From Azolla caroliniana (Eukaryota; Plantae; Polypodiophyta), in assembly GCA_043228905.1 (NCBI GenBank), contig JBHGNT010000016.1, positions 12,648,001-12,712,000 on the forward strand: 64,000 nt of DNA, written 5' to 3'. Under the pieces are notes generated by a model. The model did not search any database. It was not told the DNA's origin and saw nothing but the letters and a program-made list of their open reading frames with translations. Shown here one piece after another: positions 63,941-64,000 of this stretch (position 1 is the first letter of the stretch; every line of letters begins with the position of its first letter). Made by a program: the position numbers and the translations under genes.

Positions 63941-64000
63941 TTGACATATTCGCATTCGTCGGGTTTCCCATTCGAATGCAAACGAATACGAATACGAATG

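Overview
Eukaryotic land-plant nuclear DNA. GT-AG introns, microsatellite-rich promoters, the gene set and the TE types suggest a large-genome non-seed plant such as a fern; this is an inference. Bases 1-12.3 kb are a nest of LTR retrotransposons. An intact-looking Ty1/copia element (A) is inserted in the RT of a decayed antisense copia (B). B also carries a 2.7-kb pol-less LTR element (C), which is flanked by a 418-bp target duplication. Five spliced host genes follow: a BRN1/CELF-like 3-RRM protein (+), a CREG1-like protein (-), a Di19 zinc-finger protein (+), cellulose synthase-like D (+) and a Sec14/CRAL-TRIO protein (-). Intergenic DNA holds a decayed DDE transposase, PPR fragments, chromovirus remnants, a solo LTR split by a TIR element, tandem repeats and a tRNA-Trp-primed gypsy derivative. 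The most unusual signals are element C with its giant duplication and single coiled-coil ORF, and a Di19 intron that looks like a U12 (AT-AC) intron converting to GT-AG. Exon boundaries were read by eye and need transcript confirmation.
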